From the NCBI GenBank assembly GCA_963711835.1, contig CAVQFQ010000009.1, positions 18,601 to 82,600 of the forward strand: DNA of 64,000 bases. The letters are read 5' to 3'. Both the position numbers and the translations under genes were made by a program. The notes beneath the pieces are model-generated. The model worked only from the letters and a program-made list of their open reading frames with translations, was not told the DNA's origin and made no database searches. This DNA is from an uncultured delta proteobacterium. GTDB taxonomy: Bacteria; Desulfobacterota; RBG-13-43-22. Positions 10,449 to 20,372 of the stretch are shown here, in pieces. How positions within the stretch are numbered: the stretch's first letter is position 1; each line of letters begins with the position of its first letter.

Positions 10449-11615
10449 TTACTTTTCCCCGTTGACCTGGAACACCTTGACCGGGTCGCCCTCTTTGACA
10501 TTAAATCCCCCCCGGGTAATGACCTGTTCTCCCGGCCTCAGCCCGCCGGCAATTTCAACCCAGTCCCCCTCCAGGCTGCCGGTCCGGACGGACCGGCGCC
10601 GGACTTTTCCCTGATCCAGCACAAAGACCTCCCCGGTCTTTTCCTTTACCTCCCAGGACAATAGGGCCTGGCGCGGGATTTGAGGCACGGCCTTTCTCTC
10701 TCCGGTAATGATGCGGCCTTTGATAAAGAGCCCGGCTTTGAGAACCTCGGGATCATTCCGGACCTCGGCCATGACCTTGACCGACCGATCGGCCTCATTG
10801 ACCGCCGGGTTGATAAAGGTGACCCGGCCGGAAAAGGTTTTCCCGGGAAAGGCGTCGCTTGAAAAGGTCAGGGGTTGGCCCGTTTTCAATTTACCCATCT
10901 CGTTTGAGGGCACGGTTACCGTCAAATCGAGCAGACGGTTATCCACGATTTGAAACATGATCTTGGGCGAACCCATTTCACCCACCAGGTCGCCCAGGTT
11001 GACATTTCGTTGCGAGACCACCCCGTCCATGGGGGAAGTGATGACGGCCTTGGAAAACCGGGTCTGGGCCTGGCGAAGGTCTTTTTCGGCGGCGGCCCTT
11101 TGGGCCTGAGCAGCTGCAATCCGGGCGGCGGCGGCCAACTTTTCCGTCTGGGCATCCTCCAGGTTCTGCTGGGTGATCAATCCCGCTTCTTTGAGTTTTT
11201 GAGCCCGCTCCCACTCCCGCGCGGCCCGGTTGGCCGCCACCTCGGCCTGAAGGAGGTTGGCCCGGGCCATTTCCAGCGCGGCTTGGGCCTTCTGTGAAAT
11301 GGCTTCTATTTCCCTGGTATCCAATTTGGCCAGGGGGGTTCCTTTTTTCACCCGAACCCACTCGTTTACAAAAACCTGGGTGACCAGGCCGGCATATTCG
11401 GACTTGACCTTGGCCTCAAACTTGGGGGAAAGAGACCCGACCACCTCAATCCCCTCGACCATATCTCTGGCTTGTACCGCCGAAGTTTCCACGGCCACCG
11501 GGGGTCGGACTCCCTTTTCTTCAAGGGATTTTTGTCCTTCGGTGGCTTTCGAGCAACTTGAAGCAGCCAGCCAGAGCAAGGCCACGGCCGCTGCCCCCCA
11601 AACCCTTGCCTTCAT
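10449..11615 (-). CDS. RND periplasmic adaptor (MFP), probable lipoprotein
   Basis: Lipobox-like LAASSC, lipoyl half-motifs (VKKGTPLAKLD, ITSPMDGVV) and a coiled-coil hairpin. Confidence 0.9.
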   Translation of the reverse strand: MKARVWGAAAVALLWLAASSCSKATEGQKSLEEKGVRPPVAVETSAVQARDMVEGIEVVGSLSPKFEAKVKSEYAGLVTQVFVNEWVRVKKGTPLAKLDTREIEAISQKAQAALEMARANLLQAEVAANRAAREWERAQKLKEAGLITQQNLEDAQTEKLAAAARIAAAQAQRAAAEKDLRQAQTRFSKAVITSPMDGVVSQRNVNLGDLVGEMGSPKIMFQIVDNRLLDLTVTVPSNEMGKLKTGQPLTFSSDAFPGKTFSGRVTFINPAVNEADRSVKVMAEVRNDPEVLKAGLFIKGRIITGERKAVPQIPRQALLSWEVKEKTGEVFVLDQGKVRRRSVRTGSLEGDWVEIAGGLRPGEQVITRGGFNVKEGDPVKVFQVNGEK

Positions 11616-12247
11616 CCTTTTTTCCCCCTTATCATTTCTTTTTCCTGGGCCAGCCCTTCAAAGAGCAGGTGCAGAACACGCCGCAGCCCCTTTTTCCCCA
11701 ATTGAAGTTCCGGGTGGCCGAGTTTAAGTTCCATGGCGACAATAATAACCCCCAGGAGGGCTATGGTGATGTCCGACACATTTTTCTTTTTTATCTCCCG
11801 GTTGCCTATCCCTTCTTCCACCAAAGTCATGAGGACCTGCCGGAATTTAAGGTGCAGGGCATCAAAATCAAAAAAGGGCGCCCCCTGGGAAGGGCCGAAA
11901 TAAATGGAGTAAGCCAGCCGGGCCACCTCAATCTGTTCCATAAAAAGGCCGAAGATCCGCTCGGCCAGACGGATGATCCGTTCACGAACGCTTCCCTGAT
12001 ACTGCCGGCTCTCTTCCAGGAGGGCCTCGAAACGGGTCAGGGCCGCCCGCATCAGCTCCAAATAGAGCCCTTCTTTACTCTTGAAATAATAATAGAGGAC
12101 CGGTTTGCTGACTCCGGCCTCCTGGACGATTTCCCGGACCGTGGCCGCGGCATAGCCTTTACGGGCGAATAACCGGGAAGCGCTGGTCAAGAGCCTTTCC
12201 CGGGCCCGGCGGTCGAAGGGCTTTTTCTTCGTCAGGGCTGTAATCAT
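11612..12247 (-). CDS. TetR/AcrR-family regulator heading the efflux operon
   Basis: HTH TVREIVQEAGVSKPVLYYYFKSKEGL. Confidence 0.92.
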   Translation of the reverse strand: MITALTKKKPFDRRARERLLTSASRLFARKGYAAATVREIVQEAGVSKPVLYYYFKSKEGLYLELMRAALTRFEALLEESRQYQGSVRERIIRLAERIFGLFMEQIEVARLAYSIYFGPSQGAPFFDFDALHLKFRQVLMTLVEEGIGNREIKKKNVSDITIALLGVIIVAMELKLGHPELQLGKKGLRRVLHLLFEGLAQEKEMIRGKKG

Positions 12248-12273
12248 CGGCGTTTAATGGGAATCTGTTTTTC

Positions 12274-12312
12274 TACCGACCGGTAAGTAAACCTTTTGCC
12301 GATCCTTGTCAA
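12274..12312 (-). promoter_or_regulatory. Putative TetR operator with a -35 box
   Basis: Imperfect palindrome TACCGACCGGTAAGTA (12274-12289); TTGACA on the minus strand at 12307-12312. Confidence 0.45.
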
Positions 12313-12437
12313 GGAAAAAATATCCCCGGGGTCCCTTTTTCCTAAATAAAATTGATAAAAGGAAGAAGTTGTGCTTTAGTTAACAAAAAAGGGTCTAACG
12401 CTCTCCTGCAATCTATTTTACCCCCAAGGGTGACTAA

Positions 12438-14165
12438 ATGGCCGATGCCCAACAGACGACGAAATCGATGCCGGAGGGTGAAGCCCTTCAACGGCGGCTT
12501 TCTGAATTGGAATCGAAAATCCGGACCCTGCAACAGGATCAGGCGGTCCTTTCCGAATCCGAAGAAAAATTTCGGTCGGTCCTGGAAAATATTAGCGAAG
12601 GCTATTACGAGGTTGACCTGGCGGGGAATTTTACCTTTTGTAATGAGGCCTTCTCCCGCTTTCTGGGGATGTCCCCGGAGCGGCTGATCGGGACCCATTT
12701 CAAAAGCTATGCGGAGGCCGAGACTACTCAAGACGTTTACCGGGCCTTTTCCGCCGTCTACCAATCGGGGATCTCCGGTAAGATCTTCGATATCCAGGTC
12801 ATTCGACAGGACGGAAGCCGACGCAGCCTCGAATTTTCGATCTCCCTCCTAAAGGACAAGGCCGACCGGCCGCTGGGATTTTGCGGCATTGCCCGGGACA
12901 GTACCGAACGGTATCAGGCCGAGGAGGCCCTTAAGGAATCCGAAGTAAAATACCGCACCCTGGTTGAAAATGCCAACGAAGCCATTTTTGTCGCCCAGGA
13001 CGGTTATCTGAAATTCTTTAATTCCAAGACCGTGGACGTTATCGGTTATCCTCAGGAGGAAATCGGCAGCCTGCCCTTTATCCAATTTATCCATCCCGAG
13101 GACCGGGCCCTGGTCGTGGAGCGCCATCAGAAACGGGTTCGGGGCGAGGAACTGCCCCGGATCTATCCCTTCCGGATTCTAACCGGATCGGGGCAGCCCC
13201 GTTGGGTCCGGATCAATTCCGTTTTAATCGAATGGGAAAGGCGGCCGGCCACCCTGAACTTTCTAATAGACATCAGCGATCAGAGGGAAATTGAAGCGGC
13301 CCTCCAGGACTCGGAAAACCGCTACCGGACCATTTTTGAAAACACCGGCACCACCATGGCCATGATCGAGGAAGATACCACCATCTCTCTGGTCAATTCC
13401 CAATTTGAAAAACTGACCGGATACGCCAAAGAAGAGATTGAAGGTAAAAGAAGCTGGACCGACTTCACCCTCTACGATGACCTGGAAAAGATGAAGGCCT
13501 ACCACCGCCAGCGGCGGGAAGAACCGCAGGCACCGCCCGGCCAGTACGAATTCAGGCTCATTACCAAACAAAACCAGATCCGCCATGTGGCTTTGACCAT
13601 TGCCCTCCTTCCGGACGGCAAAAGGAGCGTGGCCTCCCTTCAGGACATCAGCGAACTGAAAGCCGTGGAAGAGAAACTGCGGGAGTTGAGCCTGTTGGAT
13701 GAATTGACCGGTCTATTCAACCGCCGCGGGTTTTTTACCCTGGCCGAACAGGAAGTCAAGGTCGCCAACCGTATGAACAAGGGGGTTTTTCTCATTTTTG
13801 TCGATCTGGACGACCTGAAAGGCATCAACGACAGCTTCGGTCATCAGCAAGGCGATCAGGCCCTGATCGCGGTGGCCCGGATCCTGAAATCCACCTTCCG
13901 GGATCTGGACATCCTGGCCCGGGTCGGCGGCGACGAATTCGTCATCCTGGCCTTGGACGGGGTTTCGGATCAGAGTGAAGAAATCCTGATGGAACGACTG
14001 TCCCGCAGTGTGACGGCCCATAATAACCTGAAGCTCCTCCCTTTTCCGGTTTTGCTCAGCACCGGTGTGGCCTTCCATGCCCCCGGGACCCCGCCCTCGG
14101 TGGATACCCTTCTGACCGAGGCCGACCAGAAGATGTATGATCAAAAACGGAAAAAGACCCGTTAG
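12438..14165 (+). CDS. PAS-GGDEF diguanylate cyclase
   Basis: Three PAS repeats, RDLD I-site, GGDEF. Confidence 0.93.
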   Translation: MADAQQTTKSMPEGEALQRRLSELESKIRTLQQDQAVLSESEEKFRSVLENISEGYYEVDLAGNFTFCNEAFSRFLGMSPERLIGTHFKSYAEAETTQDVYRAFSAVYQSGISGKIFDIQVIRQDGSRRSLEFSISLLKDKADRPLGFCGIARDSTERYQAEEALKESEVKYRTLVENANEAIFVAQDGYLKFFNSKTVDVIGYPQEEIGSLPFIQFIHPEDRALVVERHQKRVRGEELPRIYPFRILTGSGQPRWVRINSVLIEWERRPATLNFLIDISDQREIEAALQDSENRYRTIFENTGTTMAMIEEDTTISLVNSQFEKLTGYAKEEIEGKRSWTDFTLYDDLEKMKAYHRQRREEPQAPPGQYEFRLITKQNQIRHVALTIALLPDGKRSVASLQDISELKAVEEKLRELSLLDELTGLFNRRGFFTLAEQEVKVANRMNKGVFLIFVDLDDLKGINDSFGHQQGDQALIAVARILKSTFRDLDILARVGGDEFVILALDGVSDQSEEILMERLSRSVTAHNNLKLLPFPVLLSTGVAFHAPGTPPSVDTLLTEADQKMYDQKRKKTR

Positions 14166-14167
14166 AC

Positions 14168-16327
14168 ATGGATGATAGCCATAAGCCCAAAACCGACCTG
14201 GTTCAAGAACTGACCGATCTCCGCTCCCGCCACCACGAACTTCAGAGACGTTTCACGCAATTACAAGGGAAAGAAAAATCACTGCGCTTAAGTGAAGAAT
14301 CCTACCGGACCCTGTTTGAGGCGGTGCCGGATGTTATCTATACCCTATCCCTGGAGGGAGGTAAAATTATCTCCCTCAACGAGGCCTTTGAGGGCATCAC
14401 CGGATGGACCCGCGCCGAATGGCTGGGGCGCCCCTTCATGGGTTTACTGCATCCCGAAGACTTACCCCCGGCTGTCGAAAGCGTCCAACAAGCCTTTCGA
14501 GGAGAGACCCCTCCTCCTCAGGAGCTGCGCATCCTGTCCAAATCAGGAAAATATCTGGTTGGAGAATTTACCATCCGGTCTCGCGTGCATAAAGGGAACG
14601 TGGTCGGAGCCCTGGGCATCGCCCGGGATATCTCGGAACGGAAAAAGATGGAAGGTTCCCTGGTTTCCGAACAGGAGCGGTTCCAGACCCTGATCGAACA
14701 GGCCCCCTTCGGTTTGGTGATCATTGACCCGGCCAGCCATTTTCAGTATCTCAATTCAAAATTTACCGAGATCACCGGCTATGAATTAAAAGACCTCCCC
14801 AGCGGCCGGGATTGGTTTAAAAAGGCTTATCCCGATCCGGAACTTCGGCACCAGGCCGTGGCCGCCTGGAAAGAAGACCTTGAGCAGTTTAAAGAGGGTG
14901 AAAAGAGGCCCCGCATCTTTACCGTTCACTGTAAAGACGGGCGTCGAAAGATGATCAAGTTTATTCCCGTGCAACTCCGGACAGGTGAAAACCTGATGAG
15001 CTGCGAAGACATTACAGAAATAACCCTGACGCATGAAGGGCTGCGGGAAAGCGAGGAAAGATACCGGACCATCCTGGCCGCCATCGAAGACGGGTATTAT
15101 GAGGTGGACTTGTCCGGAAACATTGTTTTTTTCAATGAGGTCTATCCTAAAATTATGGGGCATCCCCGGGAGGAACTGCCCGGCAAGAACTACCGGGAAT
15201 ATGTGGATCCCGATAATGCGGCCAAGATGTTCGCGATTTTTAATTCCGTCTACCGGACCGGAGAACCTTCCCGAGGATTCGATTGGGAGTTAATCCGAAA
15301 GGATGGAAGCCGGGGAATAATCGACTGTTCGGTTTCTCTGATCAAGGATAAGCAGGGAAAGGCGATCGGCTTTCGAGGCATCCTGAGAGATAGAACCGAG
15401 CAACGGCAGGCTGAGGCAACCATTCGTGAAAGTGAACGCCGTTTGCGTGAGATGCTCGAGAATGTGGAACTGGTGGTCGTGGAACTGAATAGCGCCGGAG
15501 AAGCGCTTTACGTCAACCCCTTTTTCCTGAAAATCACGGGCTTTTCCGCCGAAGCGGTGACCGGGAAAAACTACTTCAGGCAATTCCTTTCCGAAGATCA
15601 AGGCCGGATCCGAACGGTTTTTCAGGAGTTGCTGGAAAAAGGTATTCACAGCCATGTGGAGTATCCCATTACCACCCGCCTGGGAGAGGAACGGTTGATC
15701 TCCTGGAACAGCACCGTCCTGCGAGATGAGCGCGGGAAAGCGATCGGAACCCTGAACCTGGGCAAGGACATTACCGAACAGAAGCGGGCTGAGGCGATTC
15801 TTCAGCAACTCTCGACCCTGGATGGATTGACCGAAATCCCCAACCGCCGTCATTTTGATGAAGTCCTGGAACAGGAGTGGAAGCGGGCGGTTCGGGAGCA
15901 AGTCCCGATCTCCCTGATCATGTGCGACCTGGATTTTTTCAAGGCCTTCAATGACACCTATGGCCATCAGATGGGAGACTATTGTCTGAAGCGGGTGGCC
16001 AAGGCCCTTAGTGAGGCTTTAAAGCGTCCGGGCGATCTGGTGGCCCGATATGGGGGCGAGGAATTTGCCGTCATCCTGCCGGGTACGGATGGTAAGGGCG
16101 CTGAAAGGGTGGCCCAGTCCTTGCGGGCGGTAATTGAGGGAATGGGCCTGCCTCATGACAGTTCAACGGTCAAAAAAATCGTCACCATCAGCCTGGGGGT
16201 AGCCGTTACCCATCCCACCCAGGGCTCCGATCAGGCCGATCTGATCAATGCCTCGGATCAAGCCCTTTATCAGGCCAAGAGGCAGGGGCGCAACCGGGTG
16301 GTAACGGCCGGGGAAGAGGCAGGCTGA
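14168..16327 (+). CDS. PAS-GGDEF diguanylate cyclase
   Basis: Four PAS repeats, RPGD I-site, GGEEF. Confidence 0.93.
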   Translation: MDDSHKPKTDLVQELTDLRSRHHELQRRFTQLQGKEKSLRLSEESYRTLFEAVPDVIYTLSLEGGKIISLNEAFEGITGWTRAEWLGRPFMGLLHPEDLPPAVESVQQAFRGETPPPQELRILSKSGKYLVGEFTIRSRVHKGNVVGALGIARDISERKKMEGSLVSEQERFQTLIEQAPFGLVIIDPASHFQYLNSKFTEITGYELKDLPSGRDWFKKAYPDPELRHQAVAAWKEDLEQFKEGEKRPRIFTVHCKDGRRKMIKFIPVQLRTGENLMSCEDITEITLTHEGLRESEERYRTILAAIEDGYYEVDLSGNIVFFNEVYPKIMGHPREELPGKNYREYVDPDNAAKMFAIFNSVYRTGEPSRGFDWELIRKDGSRGIIDCSVSLIKDKQGKAIGFRGILRDRTEQRQAEATIRESERRLREMLENVELVVVELNSAGEALYVNPFFLKITGFSAEAVTGKNYFRQFLSEDQGRIRTVFQELLEKGIHSHVEYPITTRLGEERLISWNSTVLRDERGKAIGTLNLGKDITEQKRAEAILQQLSTLDGLTEIPNRRHFDEVLEQEWKRAVREQVPISLIMCDLDFFKAFNDTYGHQMGDYCLKRVAKALSEALKRPGDLVARYGGEEFAVILPGTDGKGAERVAQSLRAVIEGMGLPHDSSTVKKIVTISLGVAVTHPTQGSDQADLINASDQALYQAKRQGRNRVVTAGEEAG

Positions 16328-16348
16328 TCACCTTCCCCTGACCGGAAA

Positions 16349-17746
16349 TTAGGCCGCCGGGCTTGTCCCCCTTCTTTCCTTGAGTTTTAAATAGACCCAC
16401 AACGGCCCCTTGAGCCCTAATTTGTGCATCCTCTCAGCCTGTAGCGGATCCAAATCAATGCCCAAGCCGGGGAAGACCCAGTTGGGGTGATCTCGGGAAA
16501 AATCCTTCAGGACCTGCTGTAAGCTGTCCTCCACCGCCCGGGAAAGATAAAACGTCGGCTGGAGCGGATCCCAATCCCTTGTGATCAGCCCCTCCTGCCG
16601 GGCCAGGCCGGCCAGTCGGGTCCCTGGAAAAATCCGGATTCCCGTCATGCAGATGACCGCCGTGGGCTCCAGGGCCGTAACCTGCTCCAGCGTTTCCCGG
16701 ACCGTGTCCAAGGTTTCTCCGGGTCCGCCAAGCAACAGGCTGAAACAAAAAGGCAGGTCGCCTTGCCGGCAGATCCGGGCCGCATCCCGGATGGCCTCCA
16801 AGGTGAAATTCTTGCCCAGGGCCTCCAATTGCCGGGGACTGGCGCTATCAATCCCCAACTCAAGCCCCCGGCATCCGGAGGCCTTCATGTCCTCGACCAG
16901 TGCTTCGCTGATAAAACCGGGGTTGACATAAGCCGTCCAGCGTAAGGACAGCCTTCGGGACCGAATCTCCCGGCATATACCCTGGGCCTGCTCCGGGGGA
17001 TAATTAAAATTGTTGTCCACGAAAAAGAGGTGATCCAGGCCTCTTGAAACCATAGTTTCTATTTCATCGGCCACGGCTCCGGGTGCCCGAAGCCGGATTT
17101 TCTTTCCTTCAATCAGAGGGTAGGTGCAGTAAATACATTGGAAAGGGCAGCCCCTTTTGGTCTGAAGATTCCCCATGGCGCCGCGGCTGAGGTAGGCCTT
17201 CAAATCAAAGAGGTCCCGGTCCGGCCGGCTTAACCGGTCCAAAGAATGGATGGCTTCTCTTTCCTCTACGGACTGCCCCGAATGATCCGGTATCGATCCG
17301 ATAAGTCTCTCAACCGGAACACGGCCCGAAAGCCTCTCCAACAACAACACCAGACTCTTTTCACCCTCCCCGACGATCCCATAGTCGGCCTTAAGATAAT
17401 TCAGGATCAGGGCAGGCATCAGGGTAAAGCCCGAGCCGCCCAGGATAATCGGTGCGGCCGAGGCCTCCCGGCAGACCCGGAGGACCTCTTTTATGAAAGG
17501 AAGATAGGAAACCGTGGCCGGGAAAGTGACGTTATCCACATTGCGGATGGAAAGACCGATATAATCCGGATTAAAAGACCGGAGGTCCTGGAGGAGGCTC
17601 TCTTTCCAGTCCGGACTGAAACAGAGATCGCTTATCCGGACCGGCCAGCCCCGGGCCTTGATGGCCGCCGCCAGGTATCCCAGGCCCAGGGGAAAAACAG
17701 GGTCCGGTCTTTTTTCCTGGTTGGGGGAGATTAAAAGGATCCGCAC
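16349..17746 (-). CDS. B12-binding radical SAM protein
   Basis: N-terminal cobalamin-binding-like domain (FPLGLGYL, IGLSIRN, IILGGSG) and CPFQCIYC (CxxxCxxC). Confidence 0.88.
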   Translation of the reverse strand: MRILLISPNQEKRPDPVFPLGLGYLAAAIKARGWPVRISDLCFSPDWKESLLQDLRSFNPDYIGLSIRNVDNVTFPATVSYLPFIKEVLRVCREASAAPIILGGSGFTLMPALILNYLKADYGIVGEGEKSLVLLLERLSGRVPVERLIGSIPDHSGQSVEEREAIHSLDRLSRPDRDLFDLKAYLSRGAMGNLQTKRGCPFQCIYCTYPLIEGKKIRLRAPGAVADEIETMVSRGLDHLFFVDNNFNYPPEQAQGICREIRSRRLSLRWTAYVNPGFISEALVEDMKASGCRGLELGIDSASPRQLEALGKNFTLEAIRDAARICRQGDLPFCFSLLLGGPGETLDTVRETLEQVTALEPTAVICMTGIRIFPGTRLAGLARQEGLITRDWDPLQPTFYLSRAVEDSLQQVLKDFSRDHPNWVFPGLGIDLDPLQAERMHKLGLKGPLWVYLKLKERRGTSPAA

Positions 17747-17752
17747 GGAAGT

Positions 17753-18064
17753 CTAAGGTACTTTCGGAGATACATCAACTACGGTTACCGGTCCGGAGGG
17801 TACCGACCAGGAATGAAAAATCCCGGCCGGGATAAAATAGCCTTCCCCCGGGCCCAAAGAGCGGCTTTCTTCAGCGATAGTCAGGAGAAAGGATCCCTTG
17901 AGGATGATCCCGCACTGGTCAAAGGGATGAACATGGCCCGGATCTTTCAAGCCCGCTTCCAGGGTCATGACCGCCAGGAGAAGGTGCTCGCCGATTTGAA
18001 CGGCGCTTTTGATCCCGGGCCGGAAATCCTCCAGGGGCATCCGGGAAAAATCTAAAAATGGCAT
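17753..18064 (-). CDS. Cupin domain protein
   Basis: HVHPFDQ and GEGYFIPAGIFHS cupin motifs; RBS ggagg before ATG 18064. Confidence 0.82.
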   Translation of the reverse strand: MPFLDFSRMPLEDFRPGIKSAVQIGEHLLLAVMTLEAGLKDPGHVHPFDQCGIILKGSFLLTIAEESRSLGPGEGYFIPAGIFHSWSVPSGPVTVVDVSPKVP

Positions 18065-18112
18065 AAGGACCTCCAAAATAAAAATACCGGCTCAGATAAG
18101 GAACCGGCTGAA

Positions 18113-18172
18113 TTAATCCAAACAGCCCTTCCGGAACATTTGGTCTAAATAGAGCCTATACCCATCAGGCAT
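18113..18172 (-). pseudogene. Stub of a DUF5615 PIN-like toxin
   Basis: MPDGYRLYLDQMFR overlaps the DUF433 stop and resembles the start of its usual partner toxin; stops after 19 codons. Confidence 0.5.
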
Positions 18173-18398
18173 TGACGGCCCTTACCTCCGAATGATCGAG
18201 CGCCCCCCTGGCGTAATAGAGGACAGCCTGAATATCTTCTTTTTTTAATTCCGGATAGCCGGAAAGAATCTTTTCCCAAGATTCATCTTCGGCTATTTGT
18301 TCTAAAATAACCGAAATCGGGATGCGGGTCCCTTTAATTACCGGCCTGCCGTTACAGACCTTCGGATTTATCTCAATTCGTTCAATTAGGCTAAACAT
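18165..18398 (-). CDS. DUF433 antitoxin-like protein
   Basis: INPKVCNGRPVIKGTRIPI...YPELKKEDIQA. Confidence 0.9.
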   Translation of the reverse strand: MFSLIERIEINPKVCNGRPVIKGTRIPISVILEQIAEDESWEKILSGYPELKKEDIQAVLYYARGALDHSEVRAVNA

Positions 18399-18511
18399 AT
18401 CTTTGCCTCCAATGTCATTTCCTCTCTTCCATCACCAGGATCCAGGTTAATACCTTTTCTTCCTATCCGCAAGTCTTACAATTTCAAACCTTATTTCAAA
18501 GCAGTTCTTGA

Positions 18512-18548
18512 GTCGCAATCCCTTCTGAATCAGGTCATCCTTTCATGT
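18512..18548 (-). CRISPR. Orphan CRISPR-like repeat R2 (5' end degenerate)
   Basis: Minus strand reads acatgaaaGGATGACCTGATTCAGAAGGGATTGCGAC; matches the 20373 copy apart from one indel over the last 29 nt. Confidence 0.6.
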
Positions 18549-18748
18549 CCAATCAGCCTTTGCGCATAAATCAGGCAAGCTTGGATATCCTCGGGTTCAA
18601 GCCATGGGTAACCGGTTAATAGGGTTTCCGGCGTATCTCCGGCAGCCAACATCCCCAGAATGTGTTCCACGGCCAGACGATGACCGCGAATAATGGGCTT
18701 TCCCCCGAATATTTTGGGGTCGATGGTGATGCGATTTAATTCTCCCAT
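18530..18748 (-). CDS. DUF433 antitoxin-like protein ending inside the CRISPR-like repeat
   Basis: IDPKIFGGKPIIRGHRLAV...YPWLEPEDIQA; the stop codon lies within the repeat. Confidence 0.88.
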   Translation of the reverse strand: MGELNRITIDPKIFGGKPIIRGHRLAVEHILGMLAAGDTPETLLTGYPWLEPEDIQACLIYAQRLIGHERMT

Positions 18749-18771
18749 AAAAGTTTTCCTTTCAAACAACA

Positions 18772-18820
18772 ATACTCTTGACAAAATAGTATACAGATAA
18801 TATTCTCAGGTTAAGAGTAT
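18772..18820 (+). promoter_or_regulatory. Sigma70-like promoter with flanking inverted repeat for TA operon 1
   Basis: TTGACA (18778)-17 bp-TATTCT (18801); IR atactctt / aagagtat. Confidence 0.6.
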
Positions 18821-18838
18821 AATCTCGGGAACAGACAA

Positions 18839-19099
18839 ATGCCTAAATACGCAAAAAAAATCCAAATGTTGGTAACCGAAGACCAGTACCGGGAATTGGA
18901 GGAGATCGCCTCCAAGAAACATAAAAAGCTCGGCACCTTGGTCCGCGAAGCCGTTGTAGAATACCATTTAAAACAAAACAAGAAACGCCGAATCGCTGAA
19001 GCGGTGGACCGGCTCCTTTCCTTGCCGGAGGTTGAGGCCCCTCAAGATTACCAGGAGTGGGAAGCGGCCTATCTTCGGGAAAAATATTCCTGCCCATGA
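18839..19099 (+). CDS. RHH/CopG-like antitoxin (VapB-like)
   Basis: Strand-helix-helix N-terminus (KIQMLVTEDQYRELEE...TLVREAV); ATGA overlap with a PIN gene. Confidence 0.78.
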   Translation: MPKYAKKIQMLVTEDQYRELEEIASKKHKKLGTLVREAVVEYHLKQNKKRRIAEAVDRLLSLPEVEAPQDYQEWEAAYLREKYSCP

Positions 19100-19521
19100 C
19101 CGGTTCAACCTTCCAGTTCATAGATGCCAATCTGATTATGTATGCCTTAGGAGGTCCCCACCCTCTTCAAGACCCCTGCAAGAAGGTTTTTAAGCAGATC
19201 AAACAGGGGGTGGTCTTCGGGGTCATTACCAATACCGAAGTTCTTCAAGAACTCCTCTACCGTTACTTTTCCATCAGGAAACAGACCCTTGGTGAATTGG
19301 CCTATTCCTCTATGATTGATCTTTGCCAGGAAATTCTTCCGGTAACTGTCCAGGATACCGATCGGGCCTTGGAATTACTGAAAGAATATCCCATGATCAC
19401 TTCAAGAGACGCCATCCACGCCGCCACCATGTTAAACAACGGTATTAAGGAAATCCTCTCCACCGACCCTCATTTTGACCTCATCTCCGGCATCCGGCGA
19501 ATCAACCCGGCTAAGAATTAA
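19096..19521 (+). CDS. vapC: VapC PIN-domain toxin
   Basis: FIDAN, VLQE, RDAIHAA and STDPHFD acidic PIN motifs. Confidence 0.9.
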   Translation: MTGSTFQFIDANLIMYALGGPHPLQDPCKKVFKQIKQGVVFGVITNTEVLQELLYRYFSIRKQTLGELAYSSMIDLCQEILPVTVQDTDRALELLKEYPMITSRDAIHAATMLNNGIKEILSTDPHFDLISGIRRINPAKN

Positions 19522-19560
19522 ATTATGATAGACCAGACCAGGCACCCTCCTTGTTAACAC

Positions 19561-19606
19561 TTGATTGTTAATTACAACTATTATAAGATAAATTATAATT
19601 TAATCA
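19561..19606 (+). promoter_or_regulatory. Promoter/operator of TA operon 2
   Basis: TTGATT-17 bp-TAAGAT inside an AT-rich imperfect palindrome (ttgatt...aatcaa). Confidence 0.45.
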
Positions 19607-19613
19607 ATAAAGG

Positions 19614-19874
19614 ATGACTATTATGGCATTAGTTCAAATTTCTCCTAAGGGGCAGATTCTAATTCCAAAAAAGATCCGAAACAAATATGGTGTGATTCAG
19701 GGTGGGAAAGTTCAACTCATAGAGGGACCTGATGGAATATTGGTTAAACCGGCGCCCACGGACCCTATCGAGGCCGCCTGCGGATCCATCGAAGGGGATT
19801 TTTCCCTGACCGACGATCTACTGGATGAACGCCGTAAGGACAAAAAACATGAATCCCCCGATTATCCTCGATAG
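19614..19874 (+). CDS. AbrB/MazE/SpoVT-family antitoxin
   Basis: ISPKGQILIPKKIRNKYG swapped-hairpin motif. Confidence 0.88.
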   Translation: MTIMALVQISPKGQILIPKKIRNKYGVIQGGKVQLIEGPDGILVKPAPTDPIEAACGSIEGDFSLTDDLLDERRKDKKHESPDYPR

Positions 19875-20265
19875 TTTTGCCCTGCTGTGCTTCTTCCACA
19901 AGGAACCCGGTTGGGAAAAAGTTAAAACACTTTTGAACGATCTCTCCCGGAGGGGCGAGAAGGCCCTCCTTTCCCGGATCAACTGGGGTGAATTTTACTA
20001 TATCCTCCAAAGACGGGTTGGTCGGGATAAAACCCAGGAGGCCCTGTCCCTGCTGGATCAACTCCCGATTGACATTATTTCGGTGGATGATCCCCTCGTC
20101 CGCGAAGCTGCCGAAATCAAGGCCGAGCACCCTATCGCTTACGCCGACGCCTTCTGCGCGGCCCTGGCCCGACGCCATCAGGGGCGGGTCCTAACCGGGG
20201 ACCCTGAATTTAAGGCTGTAGAAAAATTGGTTCCCGTGCAATGGATAACCGGCCGGAAAAAATAA
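19849..20265 (+). CDS. vapC: VapC PIN-domain toxin
   Basis: ILDSFA, NWGE, YADAFCAA and LTGDPEF motifs. Confidence 0.9.
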   Translation: MNPPIILDSFALLCFFHKEPGWEKVKTLLNDLSRRGEKALLSRINWGEFYYILQRRVGRDKTQEALSLLDQLPIDIISVDDPLVREAAEIKAEHPIAYADAFCAALARRHQGRVLTGDPEFKAVEKLVPVQWITGRKK

Positions 20266-20372
20266 TCCGAGTTTTTGCCACCCTTGTCGATTATGACAAA
20301 TTCATGGCAAGGAAACATTAAACGGCAGGCTTATTTCTTATGGATTTGCTGAAGAATTACAAATATAGAAAA

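Noticed and set aside
18415-18455. Possible third degenerate CRISPR repeat
   Set aside because: Only scattered matches to the repeat, so no regular array can be claimed.
19508-19532. Similarity of the spacer-like segment (20335-20372) to the vapC1 3' end (gctaagaattaaattatgatag)
   Set aside because: Short, AT-rich and needs several gaps; not distinguishable from chance by eye.
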